Assembly (NCBI GenBank): GCA_021324885.1
Contig: JAJPIF010000025.1
Location: 46,713-110,712, forward strand
Direction: 5' to 3'
DNA: 64,000 nt
Source of the DNA: Pseudomonadota bacterium
Lineage (GTDB): Bacteria > Desulfobacterota > Binatia > Binatales > Binataceae
Shown: piece after piece, positions 56,725 through 64,000 of the stretch
How the letters are laid out: each line of letters starts with the position of its first letter
Numbering within the stretch: position 1 is the stretch's first letter
Notes under the pieces: model-generated
The model's input: only the letters and a program-made list of their open reading frames with translations
What the model was told of the DNA's origin: nothing
Databases searched by the model: none
Program-made: the position numbers and the translations under genes

Positions 56725-57387
56725 CCCCTTTTGGAATCAGGCCAGGCAAAAAGGCATTTTTTCGGGACTGACTCCAACGGTTGCGCTCAGACGTTGGGTA
56801 GCGGCAACACGAACAGGCCGCTGAGAAGAAAAGCCACCGATAACAGCATCACCGCCAGCAGCCAAAGGGCAACGGTCAGCCGATTCATGGTTTCCTCACG
56901 GCGCATTCGCCGCCTTCCATCGGCGCATCGCGGGCACGGGCCCGCAAAGTCGCCCGGTCGAGACTGTCTGGCAGTCCCGGATATTCCCAGCTGATTACGG
57001 GCAGTTTTTCTGCCAATTCAAAATAAAAGAATAAAGACTCGCTTTCCTTGTAATAAGCTTAAGTCTGGTAGTCAATAAAATCTTCTTCTACATTTGGTTA
57101 ATTATTACATGTAATTATTAACCTTTAGTTAGTATATTATAGCTACTGCGTGTAGCTTCGGTTTGAAAATTGAGTCCGCTCGATATTCGCTTTTGCTCGG
57201 GCTTTTCTCCTGACGGTGATGTTTGCGCGGCTCGCGGGCATCACCTGAGGAAATAGCCATTGTGCCCTCCGTTGGAAAAAAAGCGCCATACGGGCGCAAT
57301 GGCGGTCAGCACAGTTTGATTGACCGAAAGCGTTGTTTTGCTCGCGCCGGCCGATTGTTTAGTCTTAATGGGTGGAGTATTGAAGAA

Positions 57388-58248
57388 ATGCCCAATTCAT
57401 CACAGTACGTTCCCCCGAAGGTATGGACCTGGAACAAGCCGAGCGGCGGCCGCTTCGCCAACATCAACCGGCCGATCGCCGGGCCGACGCACGATAAGGA
57501 ATTGCCGATCGGCCGTCATCCCCTGCAACTTTACTCGCTGGGTACGCCCAACGGCGTCAAAGTGACGATCATGCTGGAGGAGTTGCTGGCGCTCGGCCAC
57601 AGCGGGGCGGAATACGATGCCTGGCTCATCAATATCGGAGAAGGAGAGCAGTTCAGCAGCGGCTTCGTCGCGGTAAACCCGAACTCCAAGATTCCGGCTC
57701 TCGTGGATCGAAGCGGCCCCGCGCCGATTCGGGTGTTCGAGTCCGGGGCGATTCTGCTCTACCTGGCGGAGAAGTTCCACGCGTTCCTCCCGGCGCAGCC
57801 CGCGGAGCGGGCCGAATGTTTTTCATGGCTGTTCTGGCAGGTGGGAAGCGCGCCTTATCTGGGTGGTGGGTTTGGCCACTTTTACGCATACGCGCCGGAG
57901 AAGATCGAATACGCAATCGACCGCTTCGCCATGGAGGTCAAACGCCAGCTCGACGTGCTCGACCGTCGTCTGGCTGAGAGCGAGTTCGTCGCCGGCGCCG
58001 CCTACACGATCGCCGATATGGCCATTTTTCCCTGGTATGGAGAGCTGGCAAAGGGTTCGCTTTACGGCGCGGCCGAGTTTCTGAGCGTGCAGGATTATAG
58101 AAATGTCCAGCGCTGGGCCGACGTTATCCTCCAGCGCCCGGCGGTTAAGCGAGGGCGGATGGTCAACCGCATCTCCGGCAACCCGTCAGGCCAGTTGCGC
58201 GAGCGCCATGATGCCAGCGATTTCGAAAAGGTCTTGCGGGAAAGCTGA
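57388..58248 (+). CDS. YghU-type (Nu-class) glutathione S-transferase / GSH-dependent disulfide-bond oxidoreductase
   Basis: Start at internal ATG 57388 (MPNSSQYVPPKVWTWNKPSGGRFANINRPIAGPTHDKELPIGRHPLQLYSLGTPNGVKV). This N-terminal extension and core are typical of YghU/YfcG-like GSTs. Confidence 0.7.
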   Translation: MPNSSQYVPPKVWTWNKPSGGRFANINRPIAGPTHDKELPIGRHPLQLYSLGTPNGVKVTIMLEELLALGHSGAEYDAWLINIGEGEQFSSGFVAVNPNSKIPALVDRSGPAPIRVFESGAILLYLAEKFHAFLPAQPAERAECFSWLFWQVGSAPYLGGGFGHFYAYAPEKIEYAIDRFAMEVKRQLDVLDRRLAESEFVAGAAYTIADMAIFPWYGELAKGSLYGAAEFLSVQDYRNVQRWADVILQRPAVKRGRMVNRISGNPSGQLRERHDASDFEKVLRES

Positions 58249-58303
58249 GTTGCGGTTGCGCGCAGCAACCCGCACATGACGATGTGACGTCTTGCGCGCC
58301 GGG

Positions 58304-60829
58304 CTAAATCAGGACGTTGGCGGCGCGCAAATCTTCGACCTGCCGGAGCGAATAGCCAAGCAGTTCGGTGAGCACCTCATCAGTGTCCGCTCCCAGTAAC
58401 GGCGCGGGTTTCTTCACCCGGCAAGGAGTCGCGCTCATGGTCCATGGGACGCCCGAATGGATCCGCCTGCCAACCTCGGGATGTTCCAACTGGACCAGAA
58501 AGCCGCGCTGGGTCAGATGTGGATCAAGCGCAACGTCCTTGTTATTCAGCGTCGGGAACGCCGCCACTCCGCGTCGCTGCAATATTTCGGTTATCTCCCA
58601 GCGGTCGCGCTGCGAGGTCCATTGAGTGATTAGCCGGTCCAGTTCCTCTTCGTTGCGCTTGCGCAGCGGCGCGGTGCGAAAGCGCGGATCGTCCGCCAGC
58701 GACGGCTGCCCGATCGCTGCGCACAGCGCGCGCCATTCAGCTTCGCTGCCCACTGCGATAGTTACCCATTTCTCCGCATCGCCCAGCGCCTTGTAGCAGT
58801 TATGGGGTGACATTATCGGGTCATGATTGCCTATCGGGCTGGGATCGCGCCCGTTCATGGCAAATTCCAACAGCATCTCCGGCGACAGCATCTCCAGCAC
58901 TTCCCACATCGCCACGTCGAGGTACTGACCCTGGCCGGTGCGCGCCCGATGGATCAAAGCGGCATTGATCAGATAGGCCGTCAGCAAACCCATGGACGGG
59001 TCGCCGTAAGCCACTGGCCCTTCACGGGGCCGGTCCTGCGGATAGCCGGTCATCGCGTACAACCCGGATTGCGAGCCGATCTGTGGACCGTAATTGACAA
59101 AGCGCGAATATGGTCCGGTCTGGCCGTAGCCGGACAGCGACGCCATGATCAGGTCAGGCCGGTGTTGGCGCAGGACCTCGTACCCGAAACCCATGCGAGT
59201 AATGGTGCCGGGCGAGAAATTTTCCACCACCACGTCGCAGTGCCGCACCAGGTCGTAAACAATGGCGGCGGCCTGCGGCATGGCCAGATTAAGCTGGACG
59301 CTGCGTTTGCCCTGGTTCCATTGGTTGAACAATCCGGCGCGGTTCGGGCCGGGCTGGCGGTCAGCGAAGGGCGGAAGACCTCGCGCGACGCACAGCCGCT
59401 TTGCGCTCTCGATCCGGATGACGTCGGCGCCCATGTAAGCAAGCTGCATGGTGCTGAAAGGAGCCGCCCAAACCCAACTGAAATCCAGGACGCGGATGCC
59501 GCTTAAGGGGCCCTCGCCCGATAGCCGCGGGGCTTCGTCAACCGCCACGGGCCGCCGCTTGTGACTTGCAAGGATCTCCTGCTGATGTTCACCTAATCGC
59601 GGCGCCGCGCGGGAAAGCCGCCAGCCGGTCGCGGTGGATTTGAAGGGCACGGTTGGTACTTCCACAATTTGCGCGTTCGAATTGGGTAGTGGCAGCCGGC
59701 CGAAAAAATTGCGCGCACGTAGATGACCGTCGGCATACACGTCGGAGGCGCGATTGACCGGAGCCACCGGGATATGCCGGGCCTGTGCGGCAAGGTAAAG
59801 GTCGAGCATCTTCCAGTTGCGGGTCCAATCCGCCAACAGCGGTTCCAGCGCGTCACGGTTGGCGGCTCTGAGAAAACGGTCCTTGAAGATTTCCTCCTGG
59901 GCCCATTCGGGGTTGCCCATCAACTCCACCAGCCGCTGCCATTGGGCCTCTTCCGCCAGGTTCATGTGCATCCATCCGTCGGCGCAGGGAAAAAGCGCGC
60001 GCGGACCATAGGCGTAGCGGCCCAGGCGCGTAGCCTCCCGTCCAGCGTAGGTGTACTGAACCAAAGTGCCCTCAAGGATCGCGGCCATGCATTCCTGCTC
60101 GGATACCTCGATTGCCTGGCCCGCCCCGGTTTTCATCCGATGCAGATAGGCGGCGGCGACGGCGGTCGCCGCGTTAAGCGCACCTTGAAACTCCGCCTGC
60201 TGGCCGAACAGCTTTAGCGGCGGCAGCTCCGGAAAGGGGGACCCACCCGGACCCACGGAAGCCATCCCGGAGGCGTGCGCCACGTTAATCTCGTACGCCT
60301 TGTAGTGCGCGTACGGGCCATGGTCGCCGAAGGGCGAGATTGCCGCCACGATAAGGCCTGGATGGCTGCGACAGACTGCGTCTGTCTCCATCTTGAGCGC
60401 GGCCCGCTCCGGGACCGGAATGTTATGGATAAAAATGTCCGCTTGCGCCAGCAAGTCATCCAGGCGCGATCGATCGGATACCGAGTGCAAGTCGAGAACC
60501 ACGCCATACTTGTCGGCGTTCAGGTACAGGAATAATCCGCTTGCTTCGGGATCGTCGGCGTCATGAAAGAACGGCCCACGCCGGCGCGTGATATCGCCCC
60601 CAGGAGGCTCAACCTTGATGACTTCCGCCCCCAGCATCGCCAGCAATTTCGTGGCAAACGCCGCTGCAACGCCTTGACCGCATTCAACCACCTCGACGCC
60701 TGCCAGTGGCAAGCTCGTAACTGATGCGATGTTGCCAGCTTCCCTCGCGACCGGCTGCCCCATGAGCAAGACTCCCGCAAATCGTTTTTGGGCCGAAACT
60801 ATTGGGCTGTTGGACGCGCCAACTCCCAT
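58304..60829 (-). CDS. CoA-transferase family III (CaiB/BaiF) protein with two tandem full-length CoA-transferase domains
   Basis: 841 aa; alternative start at 60763. Two repeats of the family III pattern (GVEVVECGQGVAAAFATKLLAMLGAEVIKVEPPGGD ... and GIRVLDFSWVWAAPFSTMQLAYMGADVIRIES ...). Confidence 0.7.
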   Translation of the reverse strand: MGVGASNSPIVSAQKRFAGVLLMGQPVAREAGNIASVTSLPLAGVEVVECGQGVAAAFATKLLAMLGAEVIKVEPPGGDITRRRGPFFHDADDPEASGLFLYLNADKYGVVLDLHSVSDRSRLDDLLAQADIFIHNIPVPERAALKMETDAVCRSHPGLIVAAISPFGDHGPYAHYKAYEINVAHASGMASVGPGGSPFPELPPLKLFGQQAEFQGALNAATAVAAAYLHRMKTGAGQAIEVSEQECMAAILEGTLVQYTYAGREATRLGRYAYGPRALFPCADGWMHMNLAEEAQWQRLVELMGNPEWAQEEIFKDRFLRAANRDALEPLLADWTRNWKMLDLYLAAQARHIPVAPVNRASDVYADGHLRARNFFGRLPLPNSNAQIVEVPTVPFKSTATGWRLSRAAPRLGEHQQEILASHKRRPVAVDEAPRLSGEGPLSGIRVLDFSWVWAAPFSTMQLAYMGADVIRIESAKRLCVARGLPPFADRQPGPNRAGLFNQWNQGKRSVQLNLAMPQAAAIVYDLVRHCDVVVENFSPGTITRMGFGYEVLRQHRPDLIMASLSGYGQTGPYSRFVNYGPQIGSQSGLYAMTGYPQDRPREGPVAYGDPSMGLLTAYLINAALIHRARTGQGQYLDVAMWEVLEMLSPEMLLEFAMNGRDPSPIGNHDPIMSPHNCYKALGDAEKWVTIAVGSEAEWRALCAAIGQPSLADDPRFRTAPLRKRNEEELDRLITQWTSQRDRWEITEILQRRGVAAFPTLNNKDVALDPHLTQRGFLVQLEHPEVGRRIHSGVPWTMSATPCRVKKPAPLLGADTDEVLTELLGYSLRQVEDLRAANVLI

Positions 60830-60944
60830 CCGGTATTCGTCCCGATTCGAACCGGATCGATACTAACCGATACCAAGCGACGCACAAGCGCAGAAGGCGC
60901 CTGGCCGCCAGGTTCTCACGAACCTTTGCACGCTGCGATAATAT

Positions 60945-61160
60945 TCAACGTGGCGGACGGCGGGATGGCCTGGGCCGCGAAAGCCCGCGGCTTTTTCGCT
61001 TTACCTCATTGCTGCGTTCCGTCTGCTGATAAACCAGTAGGAACACCAGGCCAAAAACAGCAAACATTATCGTACCCAAGCCTTCCATGGGCTTACCCTG
61101 AACCAGCAGATATACTCCATTGCCGATTATCGCGAGTGCAATGAAGCAGATGGTTTTCAC
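60945..61160 (-). CDS. small two-TM membrane protein (hypothetical)
   Basis: 71 aa, two clean hydrophobic helices then a basic tail. No other support. Confidence 0.25.
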   Translation of the reverse strand: MKTICFIALAIIGNGVYLLVQGKPMEGLGTIMFAVFGLVFLLVYQQTERSNEVKRKSRGLSRPRPSRRPPR

Positions 61161-61229
61161 ATCAGTCCTGGCACGCCCGTTTCCATAGCCGGTTTCGAAC
61201 TGTACCCCTGGGATGCCTTGGCAGGCGGC

Positions 61230-62015
61230 TCACTGTCTGATTTCCGCCAGCTTCTTCGCCGCCTGCTCCACACCGCTGCGGATGAACCCTACGGCGCTTC
61301 CGTACAGCAGCAGGCGGGCGCCATCTTGTAGCGTGGTTTCGAATGCATCCAGAGAGAAGGGGACGTCCATAATGAAGATGCCGCGGTTTTTGCACAGGTC
61401 GCGCACTTTGGCTCTCGCCTCCCGCACCAGCGGATGGTTGAACTGGCCGATGACGCCGTAACTCTGCGAGAGATCGGCGAAACCCACAATTGCGAAGTCG
61501 ATGCCGGGGATCAACATCTGGTCGAGATTCTCGACCGCTTCCCTGGTCTCGATATTCAGGCCGAGCAGCAGGTTCTCGTTGGCCCAGGATGCGCCCGCTT
61601 CCATATCGATCACGTTCTGGTAATTGGAGCCCGCATTTTGGCCCATCGCCCAGCCACGCCTTCCCGCGGGATGGTACTTGGCCAGTTCGATCAGCCGATG
61701 GACCTCCCCGGGCTCGCGCGTATGCGGCAGCAGCAGGCAATTGGCGCCGTTGTCCAGCAGCCGTGTAATGTAAGCGTACTGGAGGTCCGGAACCCGGATC
61801 ATCGGCGTGATGCCGGCGGCATGGGCGTGCAGGAGCAGATCGACCGCGGTTTCCAGATTCAGCGCGCCATGTTCCAGGTCGATGAAGACGAAATCCGCGC
61901 CGGCATGGGCCATGTTGTAAATGACATCCGGGTCCTTCACGCCCTGCAGGCCGCAGCCCAACGCGACCCTGCCGCTGATCAACAGCTTCTTCAGTTTGTT
62001 CTCGCGCAGATTCAT
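61230..62015 (-). CDS. HpcH/HpaI family aldolase (2,4-dihydroxyhept-2-enedioate / 2-keto-3-deoxy-sugar-acid aldolase type)
   Basis: 261 aa; TIM-barrel class II aldolase pattern (VFIDLEHGALN, MIRVP, LLLPHTR, GIDFAIVGFADLS). Confidence 0.7.
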   Translation of the reverse strand: MNLRENKLKKLLISGRVALGCGLQGVKDPDVIYNMAHAGADFVFIDLEHGALNLETAVDLLLHAHAAGITPMIRVPDLQYAYITRLLDNGANCLLLPHTREPGEVHRLIELAKYHPAGRRGWAMGQNAGSNYQNVIDMEAGASWANENLLLGLNIETREAVENLDQMLIPGIDFAIVGFADLSQSYGVIGQFNHPLVREARAKVRDLCKNRGIFIMDVPFSLDAFETTLQDGARLLLYGSAVGFIRSGVEQAAKKLAEIRQ

Positions 62016-62047
62016 TTTAAATGTTCAGCGGACTATAGTTTCGCCGC

Positions 62048-62920
62048 TTAGATCAGAGTCGTATCCTCCGGCTCGTTGATGACGCGATTTTCGATATGCC
62101 CGATGCGATCAATTTCGATCCGCACCACGTCGCCCGCTTTGAGAAAGTTGGGTGGATTCATCGCCGCGCCAACCCCGCCCGGCGTTCCCGTCGACACGAT
62201 CGTGCCGGGCAGCAGCGTGAAGACCGTGCTCAGCGTCTCGACCTGCATGTAGCAATTGAACACCAGGTTGCGCGTATTGGAGTGCTGGCGCTGCTCGCCG
62301 TTGACAAAAGTCCTGAGCTCCAGAGCGTGTGGATCGCCGATCTCGTCAGGCGTCACCAGCCATGGCCCGATCGGCCCATGCGTGTCGAACGATTTTCCCA
62401 AGGTGTGCGTCGGGGACCTCCTCTGCCAATCCCTGACGCTGACGTCGTTTACGATGATATATCCGGCGATCACTTCGTGAGCGCGATCGCGCGGCACATG
62501 GCGGCATCGGCGGCCGATTACAAATCCCAGTTCGCCCTCGTAGTCCAGCGCGGGCGAAACGCGCGGTAGATGGAACGGATCGTAAGGACCGTTCACACAC
62601 GTGATCTGCTTGTTGAAGAAAACCGGGAAGTCGGGAGCCTTGGCTTTGGTCTCCGCGATATGGTCGGCGTAGTTCAGGCCGACAGCGAGGAATATTGGCG
62701 GGTTGAGCACCGGCGCTTCCAGTTTCACTTCACTCAAAGCGATGCGCGTTCCACTGGAAGCGGCGCGCCGCACGCGTTCCATCGCGGGCGCCCCCGCACT
62801 GAGCAGGCCGATCATGTCGCGCGGCAGCTCCGGCTCCTTGGCCGCCAAATCCACGATCGACTCGTCCACAACCACACCGACCCTGGTGCTCCCCTGATAG
62901 GTAAACGTGGCGATTTTCAT
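62048..62920 (-). CDS. fumarylacetoacetate hydrolase (FAH) family protein
   Basis: ORF to 63118 but conserved start MKIATFTYQGSTRVGVVVD at 62920. FAH pattern (GLNYADH, YEGELGFVIG, DVSVRDWQ). Confidence 0.7.
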   Translation of the reverse strand: MKIATFTYQGSTRVGVVVDESIVDLAAKEPELPRDMIGLLSAGAPAMERVRRAASSGTRIALSEVKLEAPVLNPPIFLAVGLNYADHIAETKAKAPDFPVFFNKQITCVNGPYDPFHLPRVSPALDYEGELGFVIGRRCRHVPRDRAHEVIAGYIIVNDVSVRDWQRRSPTHTLGKSFDTHGPIGPWLVTPDEIGDPHALELRTFVNGEQRQHSNTRNLVFNCYMQVETLSTVFTLLPGTIVSTGTPGGVGAAMNPPNFLKAGDVVRIEIDRIGHIENRVINEPEDTTLI

Positions 62921-62988
62921 TGCGAAACCTCTGAACAATTTCAGATCGGCGGCACAATAGCGCCGGGCGGCGTCCAGGCCCGATCCAA

Positions 62989-63675
62989 TTAGCTTGGTTT
63001 GACCAGTTCGGCGCCGCCCGTGACGAATGCCAAAAGCGTCGCGCCGTTGCGCGTCGTCACCGTATGGGTGCATCCGGGCGGACGATAGCTGAGGTTGCCG
63101 GTCAGCACCTCGGCCCATTCGTCGGCGTTCGAGCCTTCCAGCATGAAGATCAGTTCATCCCCGAGATGGCGATGGAGCGGGATTTTGGCGCCGGCCTCAA
63201 AGCGCAACAAATCGGCGCGCCGATTGCTCGATTCATCGCTCCACAACGCCTTGCGCCTCATCCCCGGAGCGAAATCGGTCCAGGCGATTTCACTGGGAAC
63301 GATTACCCGCGAGCGCGGACCGTCACCCAGTTCCGTCGCCGGTTCGGCGCCGCCGCTGAGCAGCGCCAGCGCGGTAGCGCCGTTGGTGCTGGTCACCGTA
63401 TGCACGCATCCCTGCGGCCGGTAGCCAAGGTCGCCCGCCCTGACGTTGCCGAACTCGTCCGCGATCGCTCCCTCGATCACGTACACCAGTTCGTCACCCA
63501 GATGGCGATGGAGCGCCAGCCTGGCACCGGGTTCGAAGCGCGTCAGCCGCAATTGTCGATGCGTCTGCTTATCGGACCACAGGATTTTTGCCCTGATCGA
63601 GGGTCCCACGTTCTGCCATTCGCATTCGCCGGGCACGATCAATTGCGAGGGAGGGGCGGATTTCTCATCTGCCAT
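62989..63675 (-). CDS. bicupin (two cupin_2 domains) protein
   Basis: Start at internal Met 63675 (MADEKS...). Two repeats of the cupin motif (LHRHLGDELVYVIEG ... and LHRHLGDELIFMLEG ...). Confidence 0.6.
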   Translation of the reverse strand: MADEKSAPPSQLIVPGECEWQNVGPSIRAKILWSDKQTHRQLRLTRFEPGARLALHRHLGDELVYVIEGAIADEFGNVRAGDLGYRPQGCVHTVTSTNGATALALLSGGAEPATELGDGPRSRVIVPSEIAWTDFAPGMRRKALWSDESSNRRADLLRFEAGAKIPLHRHLGDELIFMLEGSNADEWAEVLTGNLSYRPPGCTHTVTTRNGATLLAFVTGGAELVKPS

Positions 63676-63786
63676 GGATTTGATGCTCCTGGTTTGAACC
63701 TTTGCGCGCCTGGGTCTCAGCCCCCTGGCCAGAGAGAATGGACAGGGGTATGTGCGTGTCCGATCAATTGCCGGTCGCGCAGCCAT

Positions 63787-64000
63787 CTAATTGGGATTGA
63801 TGGGGTAGAGCTTCAGCGCGTTGTCCCACATGATTTTGCGTTTGCTCGATTCAGTTACTCCCGCCAGCGCCATCACTTCCGCGACGGCTCGGCTGTAGTG
63901 GCGTCCTTCCGGATGGCCGAAGTCGGTCGCCACCACCACGTTGTCGTCGCCGATCGCATCGATGACCTGCTTGATGCCCGGATCGTCGGGGTCGGCGGAG
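63787..64000 (-). CDS. amidohydrolase-2 family protein (partial, C-terminal end only)
   Basis: Minus-strand frame ends at TAG (63789..63787) with ...DPDDPGIKQVIDAIGDDNVVVATDFGHPEGRHYSRAVAEVMALAGVTESSKRKIMWDNALKLYPINPN. The DFGHPEG motif is typical of amidohydrolase-2 C-termini. Gene continues past the window end. Confidence 0.55.
   Translation of the reverse strand, partial: SADPDDPGIKQVIDAIGDDNVVVATDFGHPEGRHYSRAVAEVMALAGVTESSKRKIMWDNALKLYPINPN

Noticed and set aside
1-64000. Looked for CRISPR arrays, integrase/transposase genes and long direct repeats
   Set aside because: No periodic repeat-spacer structure or recognisable recombinase motifs were seen anywhere in the window. The only repetition is gene-level tandem paralogy.

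Overview
High-GC (roughly 62-65%) bacterial chromosomal segment from a diderm organism, inferred from the secretin gene and the set of glycosyltransferase families present. I could not assign the taxon from sequence alone. The centre of the window (about 16.3-42.6 kb) is a surface-structure island. It holds a complete Tad/Flp type IVb pilus operon, all on the minus strand: flp2, flp1, tadE, cpaB, cpaC, cpaE, cpaF, tadB, tadC, tadG. Directly downstream of tadG and on the same strand are five large polytopic membrane proteins. These are one GT87/DUF2029-like protein and two tandem-paralog pairs of GT-C-like proteins. On the other side of flp2, divergently transcribed, are three more large polytopic membrane proteins (a tandem pair of ArnT/PMT_2-like GT-C enzymes plus one of unassigned family). 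They are followed by a PAP2/IPC-synthase-like protein and a second GT87-like protein. Upstream of this island (12.8-16.2 kb) is a compact triad: a vWA (TerY-like) protein, a PP2C phosphatase, and a protein-kinase-like protein that also carries a TM segment and a C-terminal BON-like domain. The phosphatase and kinase overlap in an ATGA junction. A roughly 700-bp AT-rich non-coding spacer precedes the triad. The rest of the window is housekeeping or catabolic. It includes tRNA-Arg(ACG), an F420-type LLM oxidoreductase, amidohydrolases, a LOG-family protein, a ClC channel, and a class III aminotransferase. It also holds TetR, HxlR(x2) and Crp/Fnr regulators and an orphan histidine kinase. Toward the 3' end there is an overlapping pair of acyl-CoA dehydrogenases and a fused double CoA-transferase. 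These are followed by an HpcH aldolase, a FAH hydrolase, a bicupin, and a YghU-type GST. Smaller calls are a MaoC-hotdog gene fragment (pseudogene), an orphan Flp-like micro-gene far from the tad operon, and several AT-rich regulatory islands. I saw no CRISPR array, integrase or transposase. Many long antisense ORFs in the ORF track are high-GC artefacts and were rejected.
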